From NCBI GenBank assembly GCA_001777665.1, contig MFEQ01000004.1, positions 64,679 through 128,678 of the forward strand: DNA of 64,000 bases, in the 5' to 3' direction. Below the pieces are notes generated by a model. It was not told the DNA's origin. It was given only the letters and a program-made list of their open reading frames with translations, and made no database searches. A program made the position numbers and the translations under genes. The DNA comes from Candidatus Doudnabacteria bacterium RIFCSPHIGHO2_02_FULL_42_25. GTDB taxonomy: Bacteria > Patescibacteriota > Doudnabacteria > UBA920 > O2-02-FULL-48-8. Positions 9,749 to 19,280 of this stretch are shown piece by piece (the stretch's first letter is position 1; each line of letters begins with the position of its first letter).

Positions 9749-10744
9749 CTAATTGTTAAGTAATTCCTTCGCTTTGGCCCACATACCCCAATCATTATTG
9801 CGTTTGGCCATCCAATACCACCATTCGACCCCCCATAAATAGTTATCCACAAGCCCGACGCTTGAAGCGTAATCTATGTGCTCCTGGAAAATCTTTGGGT
9901 TCATCAGGGTTTTTTGGGTTTCGACATCAGTATTGAGCACACCAGAAAGCAACCAGGGTTCGGCCTGTAATTCAATTCCTACAATTGGAGTCTGGTGAAA
10001 TTTCTGCAAAAAACCAGCTCTGATTTTATAAAACCACGGCCCAATAGGATACTTATAATATCCAAGTTTATCATTATAAACCAACCGATACATGGTTACT
10101 CCTAAAATATCTGCTCCCGAACCCGCAGTATAATTCCAGTTACCTTGTTCACCGCTGTCAGTAAGTATGATCGGTCTGGAATCCAAACTTCTGAGTATCT
10201 CAATCTCTTTCCTCAAACTCTCACGAGTTTGCTTCGGGCAATCAATGCCAAATACAAAATAGGGTTCATTTTCAACTTGCCAGTATTTAATTGCTGAAAA
10301 GTTCCGAAAGTGTTCCACTGTTTTTTGAATCATGTTTAAAAGCGCTTGATCTTTTTTATCTTCATCTAAATTTTTATACCAATCTGGGTAATGGCACTCG
10401 GGCCAGCGCGGCTGTTTCTGCCCGATGACCAAAATCACCTCGACTCCACGATTGGAAGCTTCAGTTAACATCTCATCGATTAGTGCAAAGTCAAACTGTC
10501 CCTGATTTTTTTCAGTTTCGTTCCAATAAGTCATTAATCGGATTTTTTTTGGTTTCAAATCAGTAAGCATATCCAAATAGACCTGTTTCGAATCGAATCC
10601 CAGCGAGGCTGCCACGGTATGCGAAAAAGTTATGCCAAATTCAGGATTAGCAACCGGTTTAAATTGCAAATAAAAATAAAGAACTACACCTATCATTAGC
10701 CCGACAACAATTATTCCTAAACGAAAAGGAGATATAAGCCGCAT
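9749..10744 (-). CDS. Membrane-anchored clan GH-A glycoside hydrolase (GH5/GH42-like)
   Basis: N-terminal TM, KQPRWPECH, WQVENEP acid/base, ELQAEPW nucleophile. Confidence 0.8.
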   Translation of the reverse strand: MRLISPFRLGIIVVGLMIGVVLYFYLQFKPVANPEFGITFSHTVAASLGFDSKQVYLDMLTDLKPKKIRLMTYWNETEKNQGQFDFALIDEMLTEASNRGVEVILVIGQKQPRWPECHYPDWYKNLDEDKKDQALLNMIQKTVEHFRNFSAIKYWQVENEPYFVFGIDCPKQTRESLRKEIEILRSLDSRPIILTDSGEQGNWNYTAGSGADILGVTMYRLVYNDKLGYYKYPIGPWFYKIRAGFLQKFHQTPIVGIELQAEPWLLSGVLNTDVETQKTLMNPKIFQEHIDYASSVGLVDNYLWGVEWWYWMAKRNNDWGMWAKAKELLNN

Positions 10745-11610
10745 GAAATAGTTCCAATTGCTATCAATTTCAAAGTTATTATTTCAGAAGAAATTTTTTC
10801 TTTCAAAACTTTCGGGAAATATAGCGAAAAAAAGCTTGTTAGTATCAACAAAAATACAAATTGTAAACCTTGCAATGCATTCACGACACTTACACTGCCC
10901 AATGATACTGCGTAATTTTGCAAAAAACCGCCAACAGTTCCAGTTGCCCGAGACGAATAATATAAAGCCACGTTTTTTACTCCAGCTTCTTTCGGGGCGC
11001 TAAAAATCGCCGACCGGTTTTTGGCTGACATCAAAATAAATGGGATCGGGAGTAGAAACCCGAGCCTGGTCCAGATCATACCTGAAATAAAGTTACTGTG
11101 ATCAAAAATATACTTAGTCAGTACCGAGGCGGTAGCGAAAAAGAAAGCCGCTGAAATCGCATTGAACAATGCTTTCAATGTCCAAACTCCGTGTTCTTTT
11201 TTTAAAGAGATCATTACTGCCCCCGCAACCAGGAATATAAATCCTATAGTTTGAAAAGTACTTAGACGTTCATTGAGCATAAAAAAGGCCATTCCAAAAG
11301 AAAATAAAGGCACAAATCCTCCTAAAATCGGCACAACCCTGGAAACCGAAGTTAAACTAATCGCCGCATATGTATGATATATAGCCCCGATAAATGCGGC
11401 CCCGGCAATAAGCGCAATAATGAATCCTTGAAGATTTAACATCTGTGCCCCAAACGGGAGAAGTAACAAGGAAAACGGCCCGGTGATGGCAGTGTAGAAT
11501 GCATAGGCAATTGGCGCCTTCACAACTTTTGAAACTAAAAATTTATCGGCGATCCCTGTGAAGGCCAGAAGAAAATACGCACCAGCTGCAATCAGAATCC
11601 AACTAACCAA
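10717..11610 (-). CDS. DMT/EamA family transporter
   Basis: About 10 TM segments in two repeats, LNERLS and VSVVNAL motifs. Confidence 0.8.
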   Translation of the reverse strand: MVSWILIAAGAYFLLAFTGIADKFLVSKVVKAPIAYAFYTAITGPFSLLLLPFGAQMLNLQGFIIALIAGAAFIGAIYHTYAAISLTSVSRVVPILGGFVPLFSFGMAFFMLNERLSTFQTIGFIFLVAGAVMISLKKEHGVWTLKALFNAISAAFFFATASVLTKYIFDHSNFISGMIWTRLGFLLPIPFILMSAKNRSAIFSAPKEAGVKNVALYYSSRATGTVGGFLQNYAVSLGSVSVVNALQGLQFVFLLILTSFFSLYFPKVLKEKISSEIITLKLIAIGTISCGLYLLFV

Positions 11611-12847
11611 TTTGCACCTCCTTCAAGACATCCGCGCTTTTTCTAATTTTTCGCGTTTGCGTCGCATAATCAATTTCCACTAATCCAAATCTCGGGCCAT
11701 ATCCCTCGGTCCACTCATAATTATCAGTCAGCGCCCAGTAACAATACCCTCGGACATCGGCTCCATCAGCGATGGCGTTTGCCACAGCTTGTAAACTATC
11801 TCGAATAAATTTTGGCCTTCGACTATCCACAGCATCTGCAATCCCGTTTTCTGTGACGTAAATTGGTTTTTTATACCACTTGAGATCCTTCAATAAGCGA
11901 TGTAATCCTTCCGGATATAAGACCCATCCCATATCCGATCTTTTATTCTGGTCAGTCAGCTTCATCTGTCCTTTATTAAAATTTTTATTCATTTCTTCGT
12001 AGCCCCGGCGCCAGCTCAATCTAACTTTGTTGTGAAAGTAATAATTAACCCCGATAAAATCCAATTGTTTCTGAATTTTCTCCAAGACATAATGATTGCT
12101 AATACTGTCAGCAAAATACGACAAAATTTTATCCAAAATATTATTTTTTCTATATGGTTGGTAGAATGAACTATTTTTAGCAATCCCAATTTTTGCTTTG
12201 GGTATAGTTCGTTTGATAGCTTTATATGCTGACTTATGTGCTGCAATTAAGTTTCTGATCACAATCCAAGTTTGGATTAAATTTTTTTTAAATGGCGGAT
12301 GCGATCCTTTTTGATGCGATAATCCGGCGTAGATTTCAGGTTCATTTAATGTAATCCAAAGATCGATGTCTTTTCCTAGATTCTGCGCCACAAACCAAGA
12401 ATAACGAGCAAAAGCTTCGACTCCAACATTTGTTTCAAACCCGCCTTTCGCAGCCAGCCACTGCGGCAAGGTCCAGTGCCAGAGAGTGACCATCCGAGTT
12501 AATCCATGATCTTTCATGGATTTTAAAACTTTTTTGTAATGCTCGATAGCGGCTGAATCCCACCGACCTTCTTCTGGTTCTATTCTCGCCCATTCAATCG
12601 AGATCCGCATGGCGTTCAAACCAATCTGTTCGGCTATGCCAAAATCTTCATCATATCTGTGGTAATGATCAGTAGCGATACCAGATTTAGGAACCTGTCC
12701 CAGTTGTTCCTCATGCCACCAATCCGAATTGATGTTGTTACCTTCCACCTGGTGTGCCGACAAGGCTGCTCCCAGCAAAAACCCTGTGGGGAAATGAATC
12801 TTTGTCTGCACTTTTTCCTTGGTTTTGATTTCAACTAATAACGCCAT
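11603..12847 (-). CDS. Glycoside hydrolase family 1 (beta-glucosidase)
   Basis: FPTGFLLGAALSAHQVEG, TLNEP, YVTENG, DNYEW motifs. Confidence 0.95.
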   Translation of the reverse strand: MALLVEIKTKEKVQTKIHFPTGFLLGAALSAHQVEGNNINSDWWHEEQLGQVPKSGIATDHYHRYDEDFGIAEQIGLNAMRISIEWARIEPEEGRWDSAAIEHYKKVLKSMKDHGLTRMVTLWHWTLPQWLAAKGGFETNVGVEAFARYSWFVAQNLGKDIDLWITLNEPEIYAGLSHQKGSHPPFKKNLIQTWIVIRNLIAAHKSAYKAIKRTIPKAKIGIAKNSSFYQPYRKNNILDKILSYFADSISNHYVLEKIQKQLDFIGVNYYFHNKVRLSWRRGYEEMNKNFNKGQMKLTDQNKRSDMGWVLYPEGLHRLLKDLKWYKKPIYVTENGIADAVDSRRPKFIRDSLQAVANAIADGADVRGYCYWALTDNYEWTEGYGPRFGLVEIDYATQTRKIRKSADVLKEVQIG

Positions 12848-12941
12848 ATTTCTTACATTATAGCAAGTTTTTATCTTATTTGCGTTTTATCAAATATGTA
12901 TTATATTAATGACGTAACCAATAAGTTGAAAGGACTAAGAA

Positions 12942-13919
12942 ATGAGAAGATATCTTGCTATAACCTTGGTTTTACTGGGTGTTTTCGTGTTCGTTCCACA
13001 GGCAGAAGCCCAAGGCTTGGTCTTAAGCCAATATTCTGTAAATGTGAATATGGGGCAGTCGCAAACGATAACAGTGACCACACCAGCTGGCCAAATTCCA
13101 AATTTAATCTCTCTGACCAATGGTACAGTGGCTTATGCTACCGTTAATAGCTATCAAATTACGATTTATGGACTCAACAACGGTAGTACGCAGATGACTT
13201 TTTGTACTTATGATAATTCTTGTGCTTCAGTAAGCGTTACAGTTGGTGGAGGTAATACAAATACTTATGGCCAGATTACATTTAGCCAAAATAATCCAAT
13301 CCTGACGGTGGGTCAATCGACGACTGTGAATATTTTTTCCAACATTAGCAATCCCAGTTACTACATCCAAAATAACACCAACTCGGGAATTGTATCCGCT
13401 TCACTCAATGGCTCTACACTATTCATCACAGCACTCAATACAGGTAGCACAAACGTAGTGATCTGTTCTAATAACATTAGCAGATGTGAAAGTGTATTCG
13501 TCATGGTCAGGACTTCGGGAAGTATTGCAGGGGCTTTAGTTTATAACAACGGCACACTGATCAATGACTACGGGACTATCTACATTACTTACAAGAATTC
13601 TAAAAGCGGCTTTACCTCGGCTCAAGCATTCACAAGCCTTGGCTACAAATGGGCAAATATCATTTCAGGCTCTACTGGCAATATTCCACATTCCGGTTAC
13701 AATATTTCTTCTGCTTCTGTAGCGCATCCTTGGGGATCCTGGATTAATAATGCCGGAACGATCTATTTCGTTCATGATTCTGGATTGATCCCAATCCCGA
13801 GCATGGGTATTTTCACCAGTAACGGTGGCGTGCTCAAAAGTGTCGTCGAAGCAAACAGCTACGACTTCAACAGACCAGTCCTGGCCCAAATGGACAACAA
13901 CGACTGGCGATTGAAATAA
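12942..13919 (+). CDS. Secreted protein with tandem Ig-like beta-rich repeats
   Basis: Signal peptide (AEA), two repeats of type GQS.T......G.T....C......C..V.V.V and two GTIY(I/F) repeats. Confidence 0.7.
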   Translation: MRRYLAITLVLLGVFVFVPQAEAQGLVLSQYSVNVNMGQSQTITVTTPAGQIPNLISLTNGTVAYATVNSYQITIYGLNNGSTQMTFCTYDNSCASVSVTVGGGNTNTYGQITFSQNNPILTVGQSTTVNIFSNISNPSYYIQNNTNSGIVSASLNGSTLFITALNTGSTNVVICSNNISRCESVFVMVRTSGSIAGALVYNNGTLINDYGTIYITYKNSKSGFTSAQAFTSLGYKWANIISGSTGNIPHSGYNISSASVAHPWGSWINNAGTIYFVHDSGLIPIPSMGIFTSNGGVLKSVVEANSYDFNRPVLAQMDNNDWRLK

Positions 13920-14015
13920 ACTAAAATAAAAAGAACCGCTAGTTTTACCCAGCGGCGTGAATGTATGGTCGGCGCATACTGATTGTTTGCGCCGACCATT
14001 TCGTGAGGTCCTGTG

Positions 14016-14558
14016 CTACAGCAGGATATGGCAGGCGTCGACTTTGACCGACGACTCCGTGATCTCCTTCACCAGGAACAGGCCGTACTTGCCGGATTCC
14101 GTTGTCACGGCAAGGATCGTTCCCGGCGTCAGCGTCACGATCTGGTCGTTTCTCGAGATCGCGACACGAGCAACGCGTGCCAGCGCTGACCCATCCTTGA
14201 GCTCGCGGAGCTGTTGGAAGGTTTGCTCGGAAATACCCGCCGACGAAATCCATGTCTGGTTGAGCGCCCCGGCGACGACGCGGTCGTCCAGCAACTGGAG
14301 AGAAAGCAGCGCCTTGGGCGAGCAGACGCGCACGCCGTTGCCGAACACGAACGTCAGGTCAATCTCGTTGGCGTTCTGCTCCGCATCGTTGATCGGCCGG
14401 CTCTTGTTAGCCTTGCATTTCATCAGGTAGCACAAGGGCCTTTCACCGGTGAACTCGGCGCTGTAACGGTAAAACACCCCTCGCTCCGACGGAATCACCG
14501 GCTCTGACACCGGATTGGATAGATCTTGCGTTGACTGGTCTCTTGGCTCGACTTGCAC
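14016..14558 (-). CDS. GC-rich hypothetical protein
   Basis: SD AAGGAGG before GTG 14558; TTGCAA-17-TAAACT promoter upstream. Confidence 0.6.
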   Translation of the reverse strand: MQVEPRDQSTQDLSNPVSEPVIPSERGVFYRYSAEFTGERPLCYLMKCKANKSRPINDAEQNANEIDLTFVFGNGVRVCSPKALLSLQLLDDRVVAGALNQTWISSAGISEQTFQQLRELKDGSALARVARVAISRNDQIVTLTPGTILAVTTESGKYGLFLVKEITESSVKVDACHILL

Positions 14559-14691
14559 GATACACCCTCCTTTGGGCTTCGCTGATTTACTGCGGTTAAA
14601 CTGAAAACTAGGGACACACTGAAGTGCCCCTAGTTTACCAAGTATCGGTAGGGCTTGCAACTAGCATATTTTAAACAATTTCGAATCCTAT

Positions 14692-14808
14692 TTAGTCCGC
14701 TGTGTGTTCGATTTTATCCCCAGCTTTTTTAAGGCCGTCTTTTACTTTTTCTTTCGTTTTCTCGTAGCCTTTCTCAATTTTTTCATCAAGATCACTAAAT
14801 GAACCCAT
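14692..14808 (-). CDS. 38-aa charged LEA/CsbD-like peptide (not in ORF track)
   Basis: MGSFSDLDEKIEKGYEKTKEKVKDGLKKAGDKIEHTAD, preceded by AAAGGA. Confidence 0.55.
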   Translation of the reverse strand: MGSFSDLDEKIEKGYEKTKEKVKDGLKKAGDKIEHTAD

Positions 14809-14818
14809 GGAATCCTTT

Positions 14819-14838
14819 CCTGCCTGCCGGCAGGCAGG
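14819..14838. repeat. 20-bp palindrome CCTGCCTGCCGGCAGGCAGG
   Basis: Identical at 29607-29626 and 32015-32034; variant at 35660-35679. Confidence 0.9.
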
Positions 14839-14905
14839 CGTTAATGATGTAAAAGGATTCTATCATTTCAGGCAATTTAGAGAATTGGTATTTAGTCCAA
14901 TGTGA

Positions 14906-16339
14906 TTACCCAACCTCCAAAGAATCCAGAATTGCTTGATTGGTATCAGGAGTATACTTTTTAAGCGGCACTAGATTCTGTCCCCATGCTGTCATGATCG
15001 GATCTATAAATGCCCACATTGCCTTAACTTCAGCGGTTGATACAAACAAAGTTTGATCTCCAACTATACAATCCAGCAATAGTTTTTCGTATTCTTCGAC
15101 ATACTGCACTCGTTGAGCTGAATCACGCAAAATAAAATCAATCGTTCGTGACTCTTTTACCAAAGTAAGCCCGGGTTTCTTTGACCAAAACTCGATTGCA
15201 ATGCCTTCAGTAGGTTCCAGCGAAAAAGTAATCTTATTTTTATAATGTATTCCGCCTGGCGGGCAAAAGCATTCCTTGGGATGTGCGTAAGTGACTATTA
15301 TTTCCTTTCTCTGTTCGTGCATCCGTTTACCGCTTTCGAAAATAACTGGCACGTCTTTCCACCGAGGATCGGTAAGTGTGCCTTTAATCTTAAAATACGT
15401 CTCTGTATTAGAATTCGGGGGAACGAAGGCGATTGTCTGGTATCCCTCATACTGTGCTCGATAAGTTTGTGATTTTATTTCCTCCTGTGTCAAAAGCTTT
15501 AAATTGTTTAAAAGTTGGGCTCTTCTTAAATGGAGAGCGCTAGCTTGAAAGTCTAAAGGGTAATTCATTGTGATAAACGCCAGCATCTGCAACAGATGGT
15601 TTTGTCCCACATCTCTAAGCGCTCCCACACCATCATAAAAACTTCCTCTATGCTCCACTCCCAATGTCTCCCACAGTCTGATCTCGATTTTTTCTATAAA
15701 ATCCTTGTTCCAGGTCTTTTCAAAAATATCATTTGAAAACCGAAAGGTTAAAATATTTTGCACCATTTCTTTAGCCAGATAATGGTCAATCCTATAAATC
15801 TTGTTTTCTGCAAATAGATTTCCTAAAAGACTATCGAGTTTTTCAGCGGTCTCGGAATTTTTGCCAAATGGCTTCTCCACCAAAATTCTGGTTTCTACAT
15901 CTGTATTTTCGGGTCGGTCGCTTAGCCCCGAAAATTTCAACTGTTCGAAGATACTCTGATAAACATCCGGAGGCACGGCCAGATAGAACAGCCTGTTGGT
16001 TTTTGCTTGCCACGGCTCTTGGATTTTATCCAATAATTCTTTCAACGCTTCATACGATTCTTTTGATTCAAACAAACCGTGCTGGTACGAAAACAGTTTT
16101 GAAAATTCTTCAACCCTTTTTAGATCCGCATTTTGGATTTTGGCTCGGATCATTTCTGAGACAAAAGATTGAATGCTTTTGTCATCGAATGGTTTGCGCC
16201 CGAACCCCACGATCCGGAATTTTTCCGGAAGAGCATTTTTTAAATACAAGTTAAAAAGCGCTGGTGCTATTTTCTTTGCAGTTAAATCTCCAGTGATACC
16301 CAGGATTATTAAAATAGTTGGTGTGTGCTTGTCTGTCAT
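14906..16339 (-). CDS. zwf: Glucose-6-phosphate 1-dehydrogenase
   Basis: GITGDL, EKPFG, RIDHYLAKE, DVGQNHLLQ. Start at MTDKH because the track extension overlaps a tRNA. Confidence 0.95.
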   Translation of the reverse strand: MTDKHTPTILIILGITGDLTAKKIAPALFNLYLKNALPEKFRIVGFGRKPFDDKSIQSFVSEMIRAKIQNADLKRVEEFSKLFSYQHGLFESKESYEALKELLDKIQEPWQAKTNRLFYLAVPPDVYQSIFEQLKFSGLSDRPENTDVETRILVEKPFGKNSETAEKLDSLLGNLFAENKIYRIDHYLAKEMVQNILTFRFSNDIFEKTWNKDFIEKIEIRLWETLGVEHRGSFYDGVGALRDVGQNHLLQMLAFITMNYPLDFQASALHLRRAQLLNNLKLLTQEEIKSQTYRAQYEGYQTIAFVPPNSNTETYFKIKGTLTDPRWKDVPVIFESGKRMHEQRKEIIVTYAHPKECFCPPGGIHYKNKITFSLEPTEGIAIEFWSKKPGLTLVKESRTIDFILRDSAQRVQYVEEYEKLLLDCIVGDQTLFVSTAEVKAMWAFIDPIMTAWGQNLVPLKKYTPDTNQAILDSLEVG

Positions 16340-16342
16340 TAT

Positions 16343-16417
16343 TGGCAGCCCCACGGGGAATCGGACCCCGATTTGGTGGATGAGAACCACCTGTCCTAAC
16401 CATTAGACGATAGGGCC
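16343..16417 (-). tRNA. tRNA-Glu(CTC)
   Basis: GGCCCTATCGTCTAATGGTTAGGACAGGTGGTTCTCATCCACCAAATCGGGGTCCGATTCCCCGTGGGGCTGCCA folds as a cloverleaf. Confidence 0.92.
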
Positions 16418-16506
16418 TTGTTTAAACATAATTATAGTTTAATTGTTTTTAAAAATAAAGTCTCAAAGTTGACTCTATGTGTCGTCATCGACTACAGTAT
16501 ATGTAA

Positions 16507-16599
16507 TTACAATGCTTGGTTTTACAGTGTAAAACTGATCCCTTCAGCCGGAAACTGCAGGATTGGGCGGCCGGAAACCGACACTAATCAAGCGTGTAA
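16507..16599 (+). ncRNA. Candidate structured 5' leader RNA with two CCGGAAA-capped hairpins
   Basis: Helices ATGCTTGGTT/AATCAAGCGT, AGTGT/ACACT, TGATCC/GGATTG, CAG-CCGGAAA-CTG, CGG-CCGGAAA-CCG. Confidence 0.4.
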
Positions 16600-16608
16600 G
16601 GAGGGTTT

Positions 16609-17193
16609 ATGTTTTTCGGAAACAGCGGTCAGATTATCAGCATGTCTCATCACCTAACGCTTCCAGCGCAGTTCCGCCCTCAAAGACGTGAAGTGTTCTT
16701 CTGGTGGAGAATGCGCGTTCTCCTCCTATGGGGGATCATTGCTTTGAGTCTCGCAGGAATCTGGTGGTTCGGCCTAACAGGGCTGGAACCTGCCTTCGTA
16801 TTCACTGCAGCTTTTATGTATTCGTTGATCGATTGGCGGATATCAAAAGTTGTGGTTCTTCAACAGGCTGATCATCGTCTGGAACGATATAACCGGATGC
16901 TGAAATTGCTGGGTAACTGGAGTCCCGCTGGCTATGTCGACGCGAGGCAGACTGTAGACTATCCGACTGATCCCTGCAAATCAGCTGAATCCCTACTTTA
17001 CGAACTTGCTGCTGTGCGTCGGAATCTGGAAAAGGAGTGGGTCCAAACACCGTACGAAGAAAGAACGGAAGCTCACGACCACAATCTCTGGAGGTCACGA
17101 GAACGACTCAAAGAAGCGTACGACCTATTCCTCGAGTTCGGGCTCATTAAACCGACCGGTTACCAGAAATACTTCGATAAACCAGCGGCTTAG
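16609..17193 (+). CDS. GC-rich hypothetical 2-TM protein
   Basis: SD AAGGAGG; two TM segments followed by a soluble domain. Confidence 0.65.
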   Translation: MFFGNSGQIISMSHHLTLPAQFRPQRREVFFWWRMRVLLLWGIIALSLAGIWWFGLTGLEPAFVFTAAFMYSLIDWRISKVVVLQQADHRLERYNRMLKLLGNWSPAGYVDARQTVDYPTDPCKSAESLLYELAAVRRNLEKEWVQTPYEERTEAHDHNLWRSRERLKEAYDLFLEFGLIKPTGYQKYFDKPAA

Positions 17194-17295
17194 TCACTAG
17201 CCGCTGTACCCGCCGACCGGTTCTCGGCGATTTTTTTAAACAAAAAACCCGACCTTATGATCGGGCGTTTTTGTATAACTTACTTGGAAGCAGAG

Positions 17296-17955
17296 TTATC
17301 TAAATAAATTTACGATTTTCGCGATCAGGACACCTGCTTGGGTTTTGAATTTCACCCATCCAGAATCACCGACTTGGACATCAGCCATAGTTTTCACTTC
17401 ACCATTGATTTTGACTTTCGTGTCGTCATTAACAGTCAAAGTTTGAGTGGTGTTAGTTAAACTATTCTTAATCGTAATGGAGTTATCAGTCTTCGCTGTA
17501 ACTTCGCCAAACGCCTTGGCTTTCCTGCGAGCTTGTTCTTCAGTTTTCTTATCGACATTGATGTGAACACTGGTCGCAGTGAGAGTAGTTCCACTAACTG
17601 TACCGATAGCAATTACTTTGTCTCCCACAGCGATATCAGCGAGTGTGGAAACTTTGTTGTTGCTGGTAAATTTCGTATCAGCATTTACATTAACTGTCGC
17701 CAAACTATTTACTAGATTTGGGACATTGGCTGTAGTTTTGGCTGTAATCACCAAACTTCCTGAAGTCTTCGATGAAACTGTGCCTAAAACTACAAACTTC
17801 GAATTATCAAGATTGGCATCTAAGAAATGGTCCAATCGAACTCCGAGTTTTGCTCCATGTCTGTTTTCGTTTTCGCCTCCATCATGTGCGAATGCTGGCA
17901 GTGCTACAGCAGCAACAACAGCCGCAATCGAAAAAGCAACTATATACTTTTTCAT
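17296..17955 (-). CDS. Secreted DUF5666-like repeat protein
   Basis: Signal peptide (PAFA); two V...T.......D...GD.V repeats. Confidence 0.7.
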   Translation of the reverse strand: MKKYIVAFSIAAVVAAVALPAFAHDGGENENRHGAKLGVRLDHFLDANLDNSKFVVLGTVSSKTSGSLVITAKTTANVPNLVNSLATVNVNADTKFTSNNKVSTLADIAVGDKVIAIGTVSGTTLTATSVHINVDKKTEEQARRKAKAFGEVTAKTDNSITIKNSLTNTTQTLTVNDDTKVKINGEVKTMADVQVGDSGWVKFKTQAGVLIAKIVNLFR

Positions 17956-18020
17956 GGGTTTTATTCCTTTCTTCCCTCAAATATATTGAACGAAGAAAGA
18001 AAGGTTGTGTTACCACACAT

Positions 18021-19280
18021 TTAAGCCCATTTTTCGCCTTGTCTTACCAATAATTCAGGGGCATGTTCTGGATCAGCCATGATTTCTTTGACGATCTTTT
18101 CCATGCGGGCTGACTGTGACCCTTTGACTAAAATAGTATCCCCTTCGATCAATGCATTTTGGATCGGCAGCCTCGCCATATCAGAATTTTCAAACATAAT
18201 TATTTTCCCTCCAAAGGATTTTTTCTTAAGCTCATTCGCAGTTAATTTAGTTTTCGGACCAACCAAAAAAACTAGATTAACTCCGGCTTCCACAATTTTC
18301 CCAGCAATTTCTCGGTGTCCCCAATCACTTTTAACTCCAAGTTCAGCCATATCTCCGATAGCTGCTAACTTCCGACCGATCGCAATGTTATTTAGGACAT
18401 CTAATGCTGCCTTTACCGAATCCGGTGCGGCATTATAGGTATCGTCAATAATTTTCGTATGCTTGATTCCATCCAATAAACGCAGTCGCCCTGGAGCTGA
18501 CTGATAGTTTTTTAGGGCTTCTGAAATTTGGACCATATTCATGTCCAGTTGTGAACCAACCCCGACTGCGGCCACTGCTGCATAAATCGCTGGCTTACCT
18601 AGGGCGTTTGGCAAAAAAAACGGAACGACATTGCCTTTATAGTGAACTTTAAAATTAGCGCCAATTGATCCTTCGGAGTTGATAATATGAAAATCAGATA
18701 TTAAAAGACTGGCTTGATAATCAAATCCGTAGCCAAGTATTTTTGCATTCGTTACTGATTTGGCTTCGAGTATTTTGGGATTATCAAAGTTAAGGACAGC
18801 CACCGATTCTTGGGTTAGTTTTTTGATCAAACTTAATTTCTCTTTGGCCAAAGATTCCGGATGGGCAAAAAATTCTAAATGTGAAATGCCGATATCAGTC
18901 AGCACCGCAACATCAATTTTGCCGAGTAACCTGACGAGATACGAAATGTCGCCTGGTCTGTCTGTTCCCAATTCCAAAACTAAAACTTTTGGATAATCAT
19001 TAGCAATTAATTTAAAAATTGCTTTAATAAAAATTATGGCCCACAAAACTATATTTCTACCACCGGTCTGTTCTCCGATAATCGTTAGTGGCACCCCGAT
19101 CTCATTGTTGTAATTATCAAAACTCGCCCTAGTCGAATACTTGGATCCCAGGACCGTGGCAATCGCCTCTTTGGTTGAGGTTTTTCCCACGCTACCCGTA
19201 ATAGCAACAACCCTTGGCTGATACCTAGCCAGGGTTAATTTCGCTAACGCTCTTAGAATAGTTTTTAGTGTATTACTCAT
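18021..19280 (-). CDS. murF: UDP-N-acetylmuramoyl-tripeptide--D-Ala-D-Ala ligase
   Basis: ITGSVGKTSTKE, NNEIGVPLT, DDTYNA, GDMAELG, VKGS. Confidence 0.95.
   Translation of the reverse strand: MSNTLKTILRALAKLTLARYQPRVVAITGSVGKTSTKEAIATVLGSKYSTRASFDNYNNEIGVPLTIIGEQTGGRNIVLWAIIFIKAIFKLIANDYPKVLVLELGTDRPGDISYLVRLLGKIDVAVLTDIGISHLEFFAHPESLAKEKLSLIKKLTQESVAVLNFDNPKILEAKSVTNAKILGYGFDYQASLLISDFHIINSEGSIGANFKVHYKGNVVPFFLPNALGKPAIYAAVAAVGVGSQLDMNMVQISEALKNYQSAPGRLRLLDGIKHTKIIDDTYNAAPDSVKAALDVLNNIAIGRKLAAIGDMAELGVKSDWGHREIAGKIVEAGVNLVFLVGPKTKLTANELKKKSFGGKIIMFENSDMARLPIQNALIEGDTILVKGSQSARMEKIVKEIMADPEHAPELLVRQGEKWA

Noticed and set aside
16340-16390. N-terminal extension of Zwf
   Set aside because: It overlaps the tRNA-Glu gene on the same strand
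16520-16600. c-di-GMP-I riboswitch
   Set aside because: GAAA is present, but the GGCAAA...GACGCAAAG core and tetraloop receptor are not
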